64,000 nucleotides of DNA from the human T2T-CHM13v2.0 reference genome, Homo sapiens: the NCBI RefSeq assembly GCF_009914755.1, contig NC_060932.1; one strand, written 5' to 3'. Numbering within the stretch: position 1 is the stretch's first letter; each line of letters opens with the position of its first letter. Below the pieces are notes generated by a model that saw only the letters and a program-made list of their open reading frames with translations, ran no database searches and was not told the origin of the DNA. The position numbers and the translations under genes were made by a program. This document shows positions 40,060-53,498 of this stretch, piece after piece.

Positions 40060-40910
40060 TTTTCACTCTTTCATACTCAGCTGGTCATCAAGGCCTGCTG
40101 ATTTTTTCTCTGCAATGTCTCTTTAGGAGAGATGCTGCTTTCCTTGCCATTTTCAGAGTCACACCCATCAAGGTGATCAGTATCCATTCCTAAATTCCTA
40201 TGATAGAAGCCTTCCTCCTCATCACAGTCAGTTCTGCATCTGGCTGCTAGATTGATCTTATAGACACCAGCCTAATCACATCCCTTGTTCCTGAATGAAG
40301 AACGGCTCTTTGTTGCAAAGAACATAAATTTCATACTGCTCAGCCTACCTTTCAAGAATGTATTCAACTGCCTTGATCTCATGTACAATCATTTATGTCT
40401 GGAACTCCCACCAAGTTGAGTTTTTCTATCCCCACATATTCTTTGTCAACTTCCATTTTTCTACCTTTTCTCATGCTGTTTCCCCTATGTGGAATGTCCT
40501 TATAATCTGCCTTTCAATTTTTGGTCCATCAACTCCTAAAAGAAGCTTAATCAGATTAATTCTTCTGTTGTTGATCATTCCTATACTCCATAGCTCTTCA
40601 GTATTCATATGTAGATTTTTAAAACATTTCTGGCACAAAATCTTACTGGTTTGCAATTGGTCTTCAATTGTTTCTGTATATGTTTTATTTTTTCTCCAAC
40701 TTTTTTTTCCTTTTTAAGGATTTATTTTTTAGAACAGTTTTAGATTCACAGAAAAATTGAGCACAACTTACAGAGACTTCTCATATAACCCTTGCCTCCA
40801 ACTTTTAATTATAATCAATTTAGGACTTTATTTACAAAATAGAAGATACTTCTTAGCATCTAGTACAGTGGTGGACATGCAGCTGGTGGTTAAAACATGA
40901 CTGTTGAGTG
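40060..40910. mobile_element. L2 fragments interrupted by a short L1M 3' piece (about 40715-40800)
   Basis: L2-type pyrimidine-rich motifs; tttttagaacagttttagattcacagaaaaattgagca. Confidence 0.5.
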
Positions 40911-41686
40911 AATAAAATGTTTCTTGATCTTCAATGAAAATTCTAAAAACTCTTTGAAAATGAACACTTTTGGATTTTTTTTTCCTGAAGACCTTAACTC
41001 TTACATATACCTCTGAAAGCAGCAGTAGTATTAAAACTATTTAATAGTGTGCCATGAAAACTGAAAATAAAATTAGAAAAGAAAACAGAGTCCTGAAAAC
41101 TGCTGGGCCAAATAATGACCTATTAGTTCCTAGACCATGGGGAAGTCCCAGAGGTCCTGGACATGAGGCCATGAAGGCAGGGGGTGAAGCATGAGGTAGC
41201 AGCTATTTGCCATGTGGAATGAAAGTATTTAAACATTTTAACAATTGGCACGACAGTATCAGGGGACAGCCTGAATGTCGGTTCTGCCAGCAAGTAGACT
41301 GATACTCTCTGGATTTCATAATGGCTATAGAATATCTATAAAGTGGAATTCTGTCAACCTTCAGCAGTTTTGGATTTGGAGAGAAATATGAGAATAAGTC
41401 CCTGAAATGTAAAGTGCAGACAAGAACAGTCAGAAGCCAGTGTCAAGGATCAGTTAAACAGCAAAAGATCATAGAGTACAAAAGTACCATAGGCCAAGAC
41501 AAACCAACAGTGGAGACCCTAGGTAAGTAACCAGAAGTCAGAGTTCAAATTAAGTAGGTGGAACAAGCCAAACAAATAGTAAGGAAATTCTAGGTGAGGA
41601 TCCCAGCAAACAGTTGTCTAGGAAGCAGAAATGCATGGATAAGGAGACTCTGACTTCAAGGCAACCTTCTCCCTGTGCTGAAAAAA

Positions 41687-41692
<6 letters not shown>

Positions 41693-41718
<26 letters not shown>

Positions 41719-41790
41719 TGAGACACGGTCTCACTCTGTCACCCAGGCTGGAAAGCAGTGGTGGCTCACTGCAACCTCCACCTTCCAGGT
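41693..41790 (-). mobile_element. Truncated Alu right-arm fragment
   Basis: Long polyT then gagacacggtctcactctgtcacccaggctgg...ctcactgcaacctccac. Confidence 0.9.
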
Positions 41791-41853
41791 CTTCAGCATA
41801 TCAGTCTTTTAGAGTAAGACATTTAAGTGTGGGTCTTGATAGGGCACTGACTC

Positions 41854-42159
<306 letters not shown>

Positions 42160-43034
42160 TAGAGCAGTGACTCTTCTTACCAAACAGTAGAAAACCTGAC
42201 CTAGGTTTGCTCGTAGCATTATCACTGTTTCATCTATGGAGGGTAACAGAAGACATTTTTTTTTTATCACTACCTTGCCCTTAAAATTTAATTTTCACAT
42301 ATTAAATTATGTGAAATTAAATTTCACATATGTCTAGAATATTTGGGGGTTTAAAAATGCCTTCAAATTTCTTCCATCAGAGGATGCAAACGAGAAGCCA
42401 ATTAACTAAAGGGTATTTAAAAAAATATGTAATCTAAAAAGGCATTCAGTGCCAACTTAGAAACAAAGAGAGTAGGCCAAATAACTATTAGCAATGAAAG
42501 AAAAATATTGAAATTTTTGAAAAATAACCAGTAACTGGTTTGTCTAAAAAGGAATTTTGGACATGGGGAGAGGCATGACTTAATTGAAGGTGTATTGCTA
42601 AGGGAGAGAAGGTTACCGCTTTTCAGTTTTAAATAGTGTAATAAATCATACGCAACACCATAATTTAAGTTTATGAGGAAGGTAATACTCTTTAGGTTGT
42701 AAAAGTGACCTCCAGTGGGCAATAATGCTCTCAAATCCGTGGCCTAGGGAACTATATTCCATTGATCGTCACTTTAAAAAAGTCTATATAGGCAACAGTT
42801 TTCCACTATAACTTTCACATCTATTTAGCAATTATATACATATGGTTATTTATTGGTTTAATAATGTATCTGGTTTGATTCATTAGTAGTGAACTGTTAA
42901 CAGAAAGGTTTTTAGAATATTTCCCCAGTGATCTTCAAATCAACATCAAACATAGAGGCATACAGAATAGTAGGAATAGTAAATTCCTACCTAAATATTT
43001 TTAATTTAGAGGGGACACTAAGAATTAGAATACT

Positions 43035-43368
43035 GAATTTAAAATGAAGAAACTGGGCAGGCATGATGGCTTATGCCTGTAATCTCATCACTTTGGGAGC
43101 CTGAGGTGGAAGGATCAATTGAGCCCAGGAGCTCATGACCAGGCTGGGTAACTAAGAAAATAAAAGAGAAGAAAAAAGAAAAGAAAAGAAATTAGCTTAT
43201 TAGGTGTGCTGGTGTGTGTCTGTAGTCCCAGCAATTCAGGAGGCTGAAGTGGGAGGATCACTTGTGCTCAGGAGTTTGAGGTTACAGTGAGCTAAGATTG
43301 TGCCACTGCACTCCACCCTGGGCAACAGAGTGAGTTCTTGTCTCAATAAATAAAAATAAATAAATAAA
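43035..43368 (+). mobile_element. AluJ with a (GAAAA)n-expanded linker
   Basis: gggcaggcatgatggcttatgcctgtaatc...gagtttgaggttacagtgagc...(TAAA)n tail. Confidence 0.93.
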
Positions 43369-44289
43369 GGAACTACTGATAAGCAGCATATGTGCAGGTC
43401 CAAAACTGAACAAAACTTACTAGAAAATCTAGAAAACACTTTGGGTTCTATTTATACTTTGTCTCCTATGAAATCATGAACATCAAATTATCTTCAGAGA
43501 TAACCTGTTATGAAACACCAAGCTACAGATAACTGAGGTACAGATTAAATAACCACATTTTTAGTCTTTTTTAGTGTGAAAAGTTAGGTTTTTTTAATTC
43601 TAAAATTTCACACTTTTTGCCCATTAAAATAGCTGTTATTCATCATTTCAGGAAAAAAAAAAGTGGGAGAAGGAAAGCAATAAGTAAGTTCGTGGCCTTT
43701 GACTCTAGTCCAAAATTATTTTATAGCTCAAATTAATAAGTCACTTGTGTGCACAATATCACTGGATATATGCAATCTCTCAGAAATGTGGTTATGCTGT
43801 TCTAAGCATATATGAAATTATAAGTCAGTTATAAAATACACAATATTCAATCTTCCCACTAGCTTCCCCTATAACTCACTGTTGGTTCTGGAAACTGCTT
43901 ATACATCTGAAATGAAAAAAGTGAAAGATCACTATGGAAATAGCAGAATATTCTTTATTACTTAAAAAAAAAGTTCTGCTCAGAAGTGTTTCTAAATGGA
44001 ATTTCAGCAAGGAGAGAAAAGTAACCTTTGCCATAGGCAAACTTTCTTTTAACACTCTGATAAATACTGATGAAGACAGACTTATTTATTATTCCTTCAG
44101 AAAATAAAATTGGTTTCCACTGTAAATAAATTCAAAATTCAGTCAAGTCTAATTGTGCTATAAAATGGGCAATACTTCCAGAAAACTGGCTTCTTTCCAA
44201 AAGAGAATGGACTCTGAATAACCATGTTTAAGGCAATATTTGATACAAAATTCAGAAGGTGAATTTTTAAGGCTTCTTCCTTCTAATCC

Positions 44290-44614
44290 TAGGATTGAAC
44301 TAGCAAACTTTTCCTGTAAAAAGTCAGATAGTAAATATTTTAGGACGTGCAGGCAATAAGGTCTCTGTCATAACTACTCATATCTGTCATCATAGTGTGA
44401 AAGTGGCCATAGGCAATACCAAAATAATGGTTGTGGCTGTGTCCCAGTAAAGCTGTATTTACAGGCACTAAAATTCAAATTCCATATAATTTTCACATGT
44501 CACGAAATACTATTTTTCTTGTGATATTTTTCAGCCATTTCAAAATGTAAAAGCCATTCTTAGTTCAGGTGGTGGGCTGAAGCTGACTCACAGGCCATAG
44601 TTTACTGACTCTTG
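44290..44614 (+). mobile_element. MER58B (hAT-Charlie)
   Basis: agcaaacttttcctgtaaaaagtcagatagtaaatattttagg...ttcacatgtcacgaaata...ggccatagtttactgactcttg. Confidence 0.85.
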
Positions 44615-44990
44615 TTTTCGTCCACAGTCTATTTTTAGTCTATTATTTAGATAGAATAATATCTATCCTGTGGTGAGAAGCTCCTGGTGACTTTTCCTGC
44701 TGTAATTTTGTTTAAGATATGATTAAATTCCTTAACTATAAGATATAATTTGTGTAAAACGAAAATTGTATATAATAAAGTTAAATGTCAGCAGAAGACA
44801 TTTTAGTTCTAAGATCAAGGGACAAGTTTCGGAGGGAGGACCATTTTGAAATATTTAAAAAAATCAACAAATACGAAAGCACTTTACCAAAGCAAACATT
44901 AAAGTTGATGTTCATTTTTAATATATCTGTCTTAGCACTCTAATTCATAAAAAATAAACAAAAATCAAGTTATATTTTGAATTTTGGCAG

Positions 44991-45240
44991 CTCCAGGACC
45001 TCCTGGAAGTTGCCAGCGGCAGTGATTATACCCAATCTTTCCACACCCCACAGCACTTGGCGCTGCTGACGTACAGAGCAAGCAAAGCCGCTGAAGTTCA
45101 AAACCTGCACTGAATCTATCTCAAACAAAGAATGCCAGGACCCACTGCAGTGACCCCTAGGATGAAGACATGGAATCTGTTATTATGCAATGTCACTTAA
45201 GTATGTCTTTTATATTAATAAAAAAGTTCGTCTTGGTAAA
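44991..45240 (+). other. Candidate 3'-terminal exon (lncRNA or alternative last exon)
   Basis: U-rich acceptor ttatattttgaattttggcag|; abrupt GC- and CpG-richer unique sequence; AATAAA at 45217-45222. Confidence 0.4.
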
Positions 45241-45664
45241 TTCTTGCTCAAACCTATGACGTCTCTTTAGATTCTGAGGAATGCAGTCATGAATGACATT
45301 ATTCAGTGATTAGTGACTTGTATACTAATAAGGAGGCTGCCCCTGGTACTTGAAGAAAGTAATTTAGGACGCCACGAAAAATGTACTCATATGCATAATA
45401 TGTTAGAACAATGAAAAGTTATAAACAGAGAAAAGAACTAATGGAGATATTATGATGGATTTCTAAGGCCAATTACATGTATTTACAGTATGTGAATACA
45501 CCAAGATCAAGCTCTGGGATTCTTTCACAAAAAAATGTCCTTATAGGGCCACCACTAGAAAAAGCTTACTAGGCCAGACATTCTATTTCTCTCACTAATT
45601 TTACCAAATGAATTTTACCAAACCTAAGTCATTCTAATTTTCTTAGAAATTCAATTTAATTCCA

Positions 45665-46140
45665 TCCTATAAACACATATCAAGTGCCTCGTAAGTGCAA
45701 GAGCATAAACACTGAGAATACTGAGGTGAGCAAGACTCTGCCCTGTATCTCAAGGAGATCACTGCCCAGTGGGGTAGACCAACATGAAGAGATCTTGGGA
45801 GACAGCTTGATAAGTGTAACAATGGGATAATGTACAAAGTACAGATAGAGCTCAAAGGAAGCAGAGTTTTAACTCTCTCTTGGTTTGGGGAAGGCCTATT
45901 GACTGGAGTGACATCTTGGCTGAATCTGACAGAACAATTAAAATTACCCTATGAGCAATGAGAGAATGGGCCAGGCAGAGGGAACACACATGCAAAGATA
46001 CACATGTAAGAGCATGAAATATGGTAACTCAGGACTGCTAGAGCATAAAGCGTGGGTATAAGTACAGGGTGAATGGTAAAAGATGAGATTGGAGACATAG
46101 GCAAAGAACCAAATCACAGTCTCCTGAGATTTCATCCTAC
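45665..46140. mobile_element. L2 fragment
   Basis: aaacacatatcaagtgcc...ccctgtatctcaaggagatcact...ggcagagggaacacacatgcaaag. Confidence 0.75.
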
Positions 46141-46149
46141 AGACTTGTG

Positions 46150-46400
46150 CATCCAACACCCATGTGGCTACTGAGCACCTGAAATGTAATAGTTTTAAAT
46201 CAGATGTATTATAAGAATAAAATACATACCAGATTTCAAGTATGAAAGAATAGTATCTCAATAATCTTAAAAGTTGATTATATGTTGAGATGATATTTTA
46301 GATATATTGGGTTAAATAAAATGTATTATTACAATTAATTTTAACTGTTTGACTTTTTAAAATACGGCTACTAGAAAATTTAAAATTGCATATGTGACAC
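46150..46400 (-). mobile_element. MER33
   Basis: ccatgtggctactgagcacctgaaatgt...atattgggttaaataaaatgtatt...gctactagaaaatttaaaattgcatatgtg. Confidence 0.82.
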
Positions 46401-46411
46401 TTGATCCCTTA

Positions 46412-46881
46412 TGTAGTAGTCCTTGCGGTTGATTCCTCAACAACTACTTCACCCCAAGCATTTAAACCAGAAGTGATTACTTCTCCTGCCAGCAACTGGT
46501 GTAGAAATGGGCACATGACCAACCCAACCCAGGCTTATAAATTGAGGGAAAGATAGCTGGAGGGGTTCCTGGTACAGATGTCTTTGCCCAGGACACAAGA
46601 AGATCAGCTCTCTCCTTCTGGATGTGGTTATACTGCACACAACACAGAGAACTCCTGTGGCTATCTTTCTGAGTCAGAGGATGAAGTGGAGGATGTCAGA
46701 GCTAAGAAATGGGAATAACCTGAGTCCTTGCTGACATCATTGAGCTGCTTTATCAACCAACCCTGGAGCTCACCCTTCCTTTGAACTTCCTGTTATGTGA
46801 GATAATGAGGTTCGTTATTATTTAAGCCAATATGAGTCAGGTTTTCTGTTACTTGTAGCCAAAAGCATCCTGGCTGATACA
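46412..46881 (+). mobile_element. MLT1 (MaLR, I/J-like) LTR
   Basis: gggcacatgaccaa...acttcctgttatgtgagataat...ttctgttacttgtagccaaaagcatcctggctgataca. Confidence 0.85.
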
Positions 46882-47458
46882 CTCCATTAGACCATAATTA
46901 CCTCAAGGGCAAGGGAATACAGATACTATCACTTAAGACCATCTCGTACTGCAAAAGCTCTGTACATAGTCTACAATCAATATATTATTGTTGTGATAAT
47001 GTATATTGGGGTAATATGTGGGAAGGCTTTCCCTTTCTTAGTTCTAAAATATCATTAGTTGTAAGACATTACAGCCTAATGACTCAGGCGAGGAGAATTT
47101 TAATTAATCAGAGAATAACCTACAAGCAGAACTTAATCAAAACTAGAATACTCATTAGATTTGTAAATTGTTACACTTCATGAATGTCCTTTCATTAAGA
47201 GGCCTGACTTGAATCCTAGTCAAAGCATACACATTGGAAACAATTCAGCTTAATTTTACTAATCTGGACATAAACCCTTAAAGGTGATTTAGCAAATATA
47301 CAACTGCTAGAGTTTATACCTCATTATTCTGAGAACTAAGCAAAATAATGTACGGAGAGCCTAGCACATATGTATATGTATGTATACGGTAAACATACTA
47401 CATATAGATTTGGTTCTTGCTTATTTTCTCTTGTAGAATTGGATTTTTATTCAAAATA

Positions 47459-47763
47459 CAAATGGTTCCCAACTTACAATGATTCAACTTATGATTTTTT
47501 GACTTTAAAATGGTGATACACATTCAGAAGGAACTGCATTTCCAATTTTGAACTTCCTGGGCTAGTAATATGCATACCATACTCTCTTGAGATGCTGGGT
47601 GGCAGCAGCAAACTGCACCTTCCAGTCAGCCACTTGATCATGAGGAAAAACAACTAATGAGGTAGGCTAAGCTAAACTAAACTATGATATTCAGTAGGTT
47701 AGGTGCATTAAATCCATTTTCTACTTATAACATTTTCAATTTAGATGGGTTGAAGAGCATTTG
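47459..47763 (-). mobile_element. MER47/Tigger5-family element
   Basis: TA|caaatggttcccaacttacaatg...ggtaggctaagctaa...gtaggttaggtgcattaaat...gagcatttg|TA. Confidence 0.8.
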
Positions 47764-48835
47764 TAATATATGAAATATGCAGTCATTTACTCTATGTGGT
47801 AATCTTGCTTTTGTTGACTAGAAGTCAGATTACAGTAAATACTAATATACATATGTTAAACTTCATTGGCTAGTTAATGCTTGGTTAGGTGGTTGATTTA
47901 CTAATTCATTCTTTCATGTATATGAAGCAAGTAAGCTCAAGATCTAACCTCAACACAATAAGGCAGGCAGCAATAAAACTATCAACTAGAAATTAGAAGC
48001 TATAGTGTTTTTACTAAGCTACATCTACTTACCCAATCTTTGTGAGATTTGGTGATATTGACAATGCAATCAGAATGAAGATGAATAAAAAGGAAACAAA
48101 GATAGGGAAGGAAGTTTATGACTTTGGGGCTGTAATTAGAAGGTGACTAATGTAATTAAAGGAGACAGGAAAAGATACTTAGTAACATCTAAAAGTGATG
48201 AGGAAACATATAGAAAGGGTGTCATGACAGAGTCAAGAATAATACTTAGTGAGTTATATCAAGCTAGGAGATTACAAAACCCTCCTGAACTATCACTAAG
48301 TATGTTGCTTTTAATAACATACACTAACCAATACAACCAACTTCCAAATAGGATATGCTGAAGAATATTGAGCAAAACCCTCACCAGCTCAATCTTAAAA
48401 AATAAATGACTGACAAGTTCAAAATTTCATAAGACAATTGGCTCAGCAATTGTAAATCAGTGACCTTTGTATGCACTAGTGTCTAAAGGAGTATTCCTAC
48501 ATACAGTTATTCACAGTTAGCTCATGTTTGCTGAGAAATCTGTATCTGAAAATTTAAGCTATGTTTTTGTTCTGGACAATTGAACTAATTTGAGTGTGAA
48601 TTTCTAATATCATATTTGTTGTGATGAATAAGGTAAACATGAGAATGTCAAAACATTCTCTCCAAGACATCACGAGGACCTCCAGGCAAACCCAGCCTGA
48701 ATGACTGCCCACTGTCTGGATGAGAATTCAGGGTTTCAGGATGGGAAACTCTGGCCTACAGACGTCTTCGCTAAAGCCAGACAGGAGTGGGCTTAGACCA
48801 CTTTTTGTAGACTGATAATTACTTTAAGAAGTCTG

Positions 48836-49168
<333 letters not shown>

Positions 49169-49354
49169 TCACTGGCATTTGGAGAAGCTCTAAACCAGGC
49201 TATGGGTTAAATTTAGTGCATTCCAAGGTGGAGCCAACACACCAAGAGAGCACAGGAGAGGCAAGAGGATGGCATCCACATTTTCTCAGAATCAGGACTG
49301 CATACGAGTACGTGATAAAGCAATGAATCTGGCTGTTTTTTTAACATTAGGCTT

Positions 49355-49640
49355 AATCTAGTATTATCTATATACAGTAAAATTTACCCTTTTTAGAGTG
49401 TAGTTCAGTGAATTTGACAAACGCAGTCATGTTTCTACCACCACAATTAAGATGTAACACATTTCCATTACCTCCCAAAACTCCCTCATGATACTTTGTA
49501 GTTAATCCCTCTCCATACCCCCAGCCCCTGCAACCACTCATCTGTTTTCTATCCCTATAGTTTTGATTTTTCCAGAATGTCATATAAATGGAATCTATAG
49601 TATGTAGCCTTTCGAATGGTTTCTTTCACCAACCATCATG
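49355..49640 (-). mobile_element. L1M 3' end fragment
   Basis: tacagtaaaatttacccttttt...gaatgtcatataaatggaatc; ORF 49368-49583 derives from the L1 3'UTR. Confidence 0.8.
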
Positions 49641-49649
49641 TAACTGACA

Positions 49650-50340
49650 ACAAGGCCAGTGAGACTCGGACACAATTGATGAACTGGAAAGTGGGAGGAA
49701 TTGAAGTTGGATAAGTGGAGGGGGCCAAATCATAGGAGTTTGTGTGCCATAGCTAAATTTTTTGCATTTTATAGGAGGTGTGATGGGAAGCCACTGGAAG
49801 GTTTTGTGTAGTTGAGTCAGGTAATCAGATTAATTTTTCACACCTATAATCCCAGCACTTTGGGACGCTGAGGTGGGAGGATTGCCTGAGCCCAGGAGGC
49901 TGAGGCTACAATGAGTTGTGATTGTGCCACTGCACTCCAGCCTGGGTGACAGAGCAAAACTCTGTCTCAAAATAATATGTGAAAGAGAGACTACAGTGGA
50001 GCAAAGGTAGAAAAAATGAGGCTAATTTAGAGACTGCTGCAGTCATCTGGGTTAAAAATGATAGGGACTTAAACTAGAATGGTAAAATTGGAGGTGGTGA
50101 GAAGCAGTCAGGTCAGAGACATAATTTAGAGGAAGAGATGCTGGGACAAGGTGTAGCATGTGACGGGGACTAGGGGTTCAAGGAAAGCTCCAAGGATGGT
50201 CTGAGCAACAAGGTAATGATGGTAACATTCACTGGGACAGAGGAAAGGACAGAAGAGGTAGGAGCAGGCATGGTAGGGGGACGCAGGGAACAAAGAGTTC
50301 CATAAATTTGGGCATCATCAGCATATAGATGGTATTGAAT
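49650..50340. mobile_element. L2 fragment interrupted by an Alu monomer
   Basis: tgatgggaagccactggaagg...gggcatcatcagcatatagatggtatt; the reverse reads YHLYADDAQIY (RT YADD motif, ORF 50170-50394). Confidence 0.8.
49838..49976 (+). mobile_element. Alu monomer (FRAM-like or left/right recombinant)
   Basis: cacacctataatcccagcactttggga...ggctgaggctacaatgag...ctgtctcaaaataa. Confidence 0.88.
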
Positions 50341-51221
50341 CTTTCCCCTGATCATTTTGCATATCCGTATCAACTTCTGAGAGAGAAATTTCACTTAACA
50401 GTCTCTGTCCTGTTACCCTTTAATACAGCAAATGAATGCACCAGGTAATGTATTCAATTTCCACTTCACTAAGTTCCTAGAGTTACATTTTTAAAAAATA
50501 AGAAGATAAGCTATAAAGGCTCAAGTCTAGAGAGCTCTTCCATTTCTTGCCTTTGTTTTCCACACAGGTAAGAACAACCTGTGTTTCATAAGAAGGACCA
50601 CTTCCAAATTTCACATATACTTTTTTTCTCAGAATACCAATTCTGTTTGGTCAACTGCATTGGGCCAAATGGATTATGAATAGAAACTTTAAAAAAATGA
50701 TTACAATTTTTCTTGCTTTAAAATGTTTCCCTATTTACTAGCATTTACAAATTAATGGGTGAAAAAGCATTTAGTGGTCCAAGTTTTCCACCTTATGAGA
50801 TCAAGTTGATGCTGCTACGGTGAAGGAGTACCTTTTGCTTAGACAGACCCTCAGGTTGGGGAGAGGGTAACGGCAACATAATGTAGAAAAGCCAGAGGGT
50901 GTGAAGTGGGGATTTACTTTGTGTCTCCTTTCCCCAGGGAGCCCAAATATCCAAGAACAAGAGAGGAGCAGTGATCACACCCCCTACTTTCTACCTCCTA
51001 GGCCACTACAATAGTGTTTGATGTACAGGATGATTATTCCTGTCCAACATTTATTCCAGTCATTTATTCATCTACCAATGTGACCATCATCAACACATTT
51101 CCTGAAAGTTTCTATCTTAAAATTTCATGCAAATTTGTCATCTATAAAATAGTTGTATTTGCTTTAATATAAAAATGTCTTAATTTATCATTGAGTGCAA
51201 TTGACATTCAGTTAGATATAG

Positions 51222-51402
51222 TGAGACCACTATGTACAGTCGTGCAGGTGTACACTGCACACCTCAATGGGGTGCATTCACACCGCAGTTATTGTAGATT
51301 TATTACAAAAATTTTCTGTCAGATGGCAGTAAAATGCCTTGAGGAAGAGGCACTTTTTTTTTCTAATTTGTAAAGGTGTCATATGGGTGAACAGTAGCCC
51401 TG
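51222..51402. mobile_element. MER91-like hAT element
   Basis: gtcgtgcaggtgtacactgcaca...cagatggcagtaaaatgccttgaggaagaggcac...cagtagccctg. Confidence 0.6.
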
Positions 51403-52069
51403 AACTTTGAGTACCTTGGCATAGGAACTTGGCACAAGCCCAAACTAGCCTCATTATCTTATATATGAAGAAGCCAAGTCCCCAAGAGGTGAAGAAACAA
51501 GGTCCCAAAGCTAGTTCAAGGCAAAATTGCATTTCATCCCAGTCTGCACTCTCACTCCAGTGTTACAGCAACATGCCACCTCTGTGAACAGTGGGTTGCT
51601 CTTTTCAGAGGTGTGGGTTACTGATGTGCTCTTTCATTTCTTTGCTCAGCCTTAGAAGAGACCTTTCCAAGAGAGGTATCCCACGCTGCTTTTGACATTT
51701 GCCTCTACCATGAGTGGATACATAGATAGATATAAAGTTAGCTACACTGTACTTGCCCAGTATTCAAAAAGGTGGAGTTGCTAGACTGTAAGCTCCATGA
51801 GAGCAAGAACCATGTCTGACATTCTCCTCATGTATCCTTAGCACCTAGCATACAGTCAATTTGTAGTTTATACAAGGAAACATAATACTCTTCTGTAAGC
51901 TAATTTAGGCCATGCCCCTCAGGTTCCTACTGCACTCTCTTCTACAGCTAGGGCATATGTCAATGTAAAACCCTGAGAAGCACTGGAGTGGTCTCTAAGC
52001 TGCTTTCCATATTAATATGCTACAACTGTTTATTTTTGGTTGGGCTCATTCAACCTGGATCAGGAAGAT

Positions 52070-52260
52070 CAGTTATAGAATCATAACAGCACTGGAATGG
52101 ATCTTGTAAGTCATCTAACCCAACTCCTTCATTTAACATAACCAGGAAACAGAGTTGCAAGGAAGTAACAGAATCCATCCAGGTAGCTGCAGCAAACCTA
52201 TACTATGGTCCATTCCTAAAACTCAGATTTTCTGACCACCAATTACATGATCTTCCCTAA
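52070..52260. mobile_element. MIR fragment
   Basis: gaatcataac...ctggaatggatctt...tcatctaacccaactccttcattt...ggaaacagag. Confidence 0.65.
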
Positions 52261-52889
52261 ATATCACAATACTTCCCCACCAATGAATGGATAATGATTG
52301 GAAACAAACAATGTCAGAGGCACTGTGAACTAGAAAGGTATGTCCTTAAGAATGTTTTCCAAAGTCTTGTTTGAGTTGGACAATGATAAATCATGAGTTT
52401 GAGAAGATAGACTCTTTATTCTTTCCAAGCAAGAAGTACTAGTGAGATAGAAGAAAAGAAGATTAGTTAGGTAAGACTATTAGAAGTCCTCAAATTTACT
52501 GAAAAACGGATATAAAGCTGGATTATAGTTGTTCTGTACATGAATGGCTAATTTAGAAAGCATAACTGGTTAGTCATACAGAAAACATGTATGTCTACTT
52601 ACTCTGACTCCAAGCCAGAAATTCTGTGATTTAGGACATTAGTTTAGTCTAAAGTGATTATTTTAATGAAAAATATGTATTCTGTTGTAAACAGGATGTA
52701 TTCTCAAGCTGCTATCTAAACAATAAAAGGAATTTGTTTATTAAGAAACAATACACTTTTCAGATTTTTAGCTTTATTTCAGAAATAAACCTTTAAAAGT
52801 AAAAACAATACTGGAACTTTATTTCAATAATATCCCAAGTTATGGGACTAAGTTGATGGTTCTGAAAGTTTACACAGTTGTTCTACATA

Positions 52890-53221
52890 CAGTCACATGC
52901 TGCATTATGACGTTTTGGTCAATAACAGACCACAAATATAATGGTGCTCCCAGAAGGTTACAATACCATATTTTTACTGTACATTTTCTATGTTTAAATA
53001 TACAGATACCATTGCATTACAATTGCCTATGGTATTCAGCAAAGTAACATGCTGTACACGTTTGTAGTGGGAGCAGGAGGCTCTACCACATAGCCTAGGT
53101 GTGTGGTAGGCTCTAGTATTTAGGTTTGTGTAAGTACATTCTGTGATGCTTGCACAGCAACAAAATCACCTGATGATGCATTTCTCACAACATATCCTTG
53201 TCATTAAGTGACGCATCACTG
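52890..53221 (+). mobile_element. Tigger3a-like (MER7/Golem) element
   Basis: TA|cagtcacatgctgcattatgacgttttggtcaa...tcattaagtgacgcatcactg|TA. Confidence 0.88.
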
Positions 53222-53479
53222 TACATTCTATAATACAAAACTCTTTTTAACAGAACCAAATGAGTATACTACAGCGAGACTCCAGTGTTATCTATATTGT
53301 TTTGTTGACCCTTCCTCTCATATATAACTATTAAAGATAAAAATAACCTGTGGGACAACTATTTTTCATATAAAATAATTCCATATTTAAAATAATAATG
53401 AACTGCAAACAAGAAGTCTAAAATAATTTAAATCTACTATGATATCAATTTCCCAACGCAAACAATTTTGATTTTTCAA

Positions 53480-53498
53480 GTCTAGCAGATGGTGCTAG
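53480..53498 (+). promoter_or_regulatory. CTCF-like motif
   Basis: GTCTAGCAGATGGTGCTAG vs consensus CCAGCAGATGGCGCTA (two C>T changes). Confidence 0.45.
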
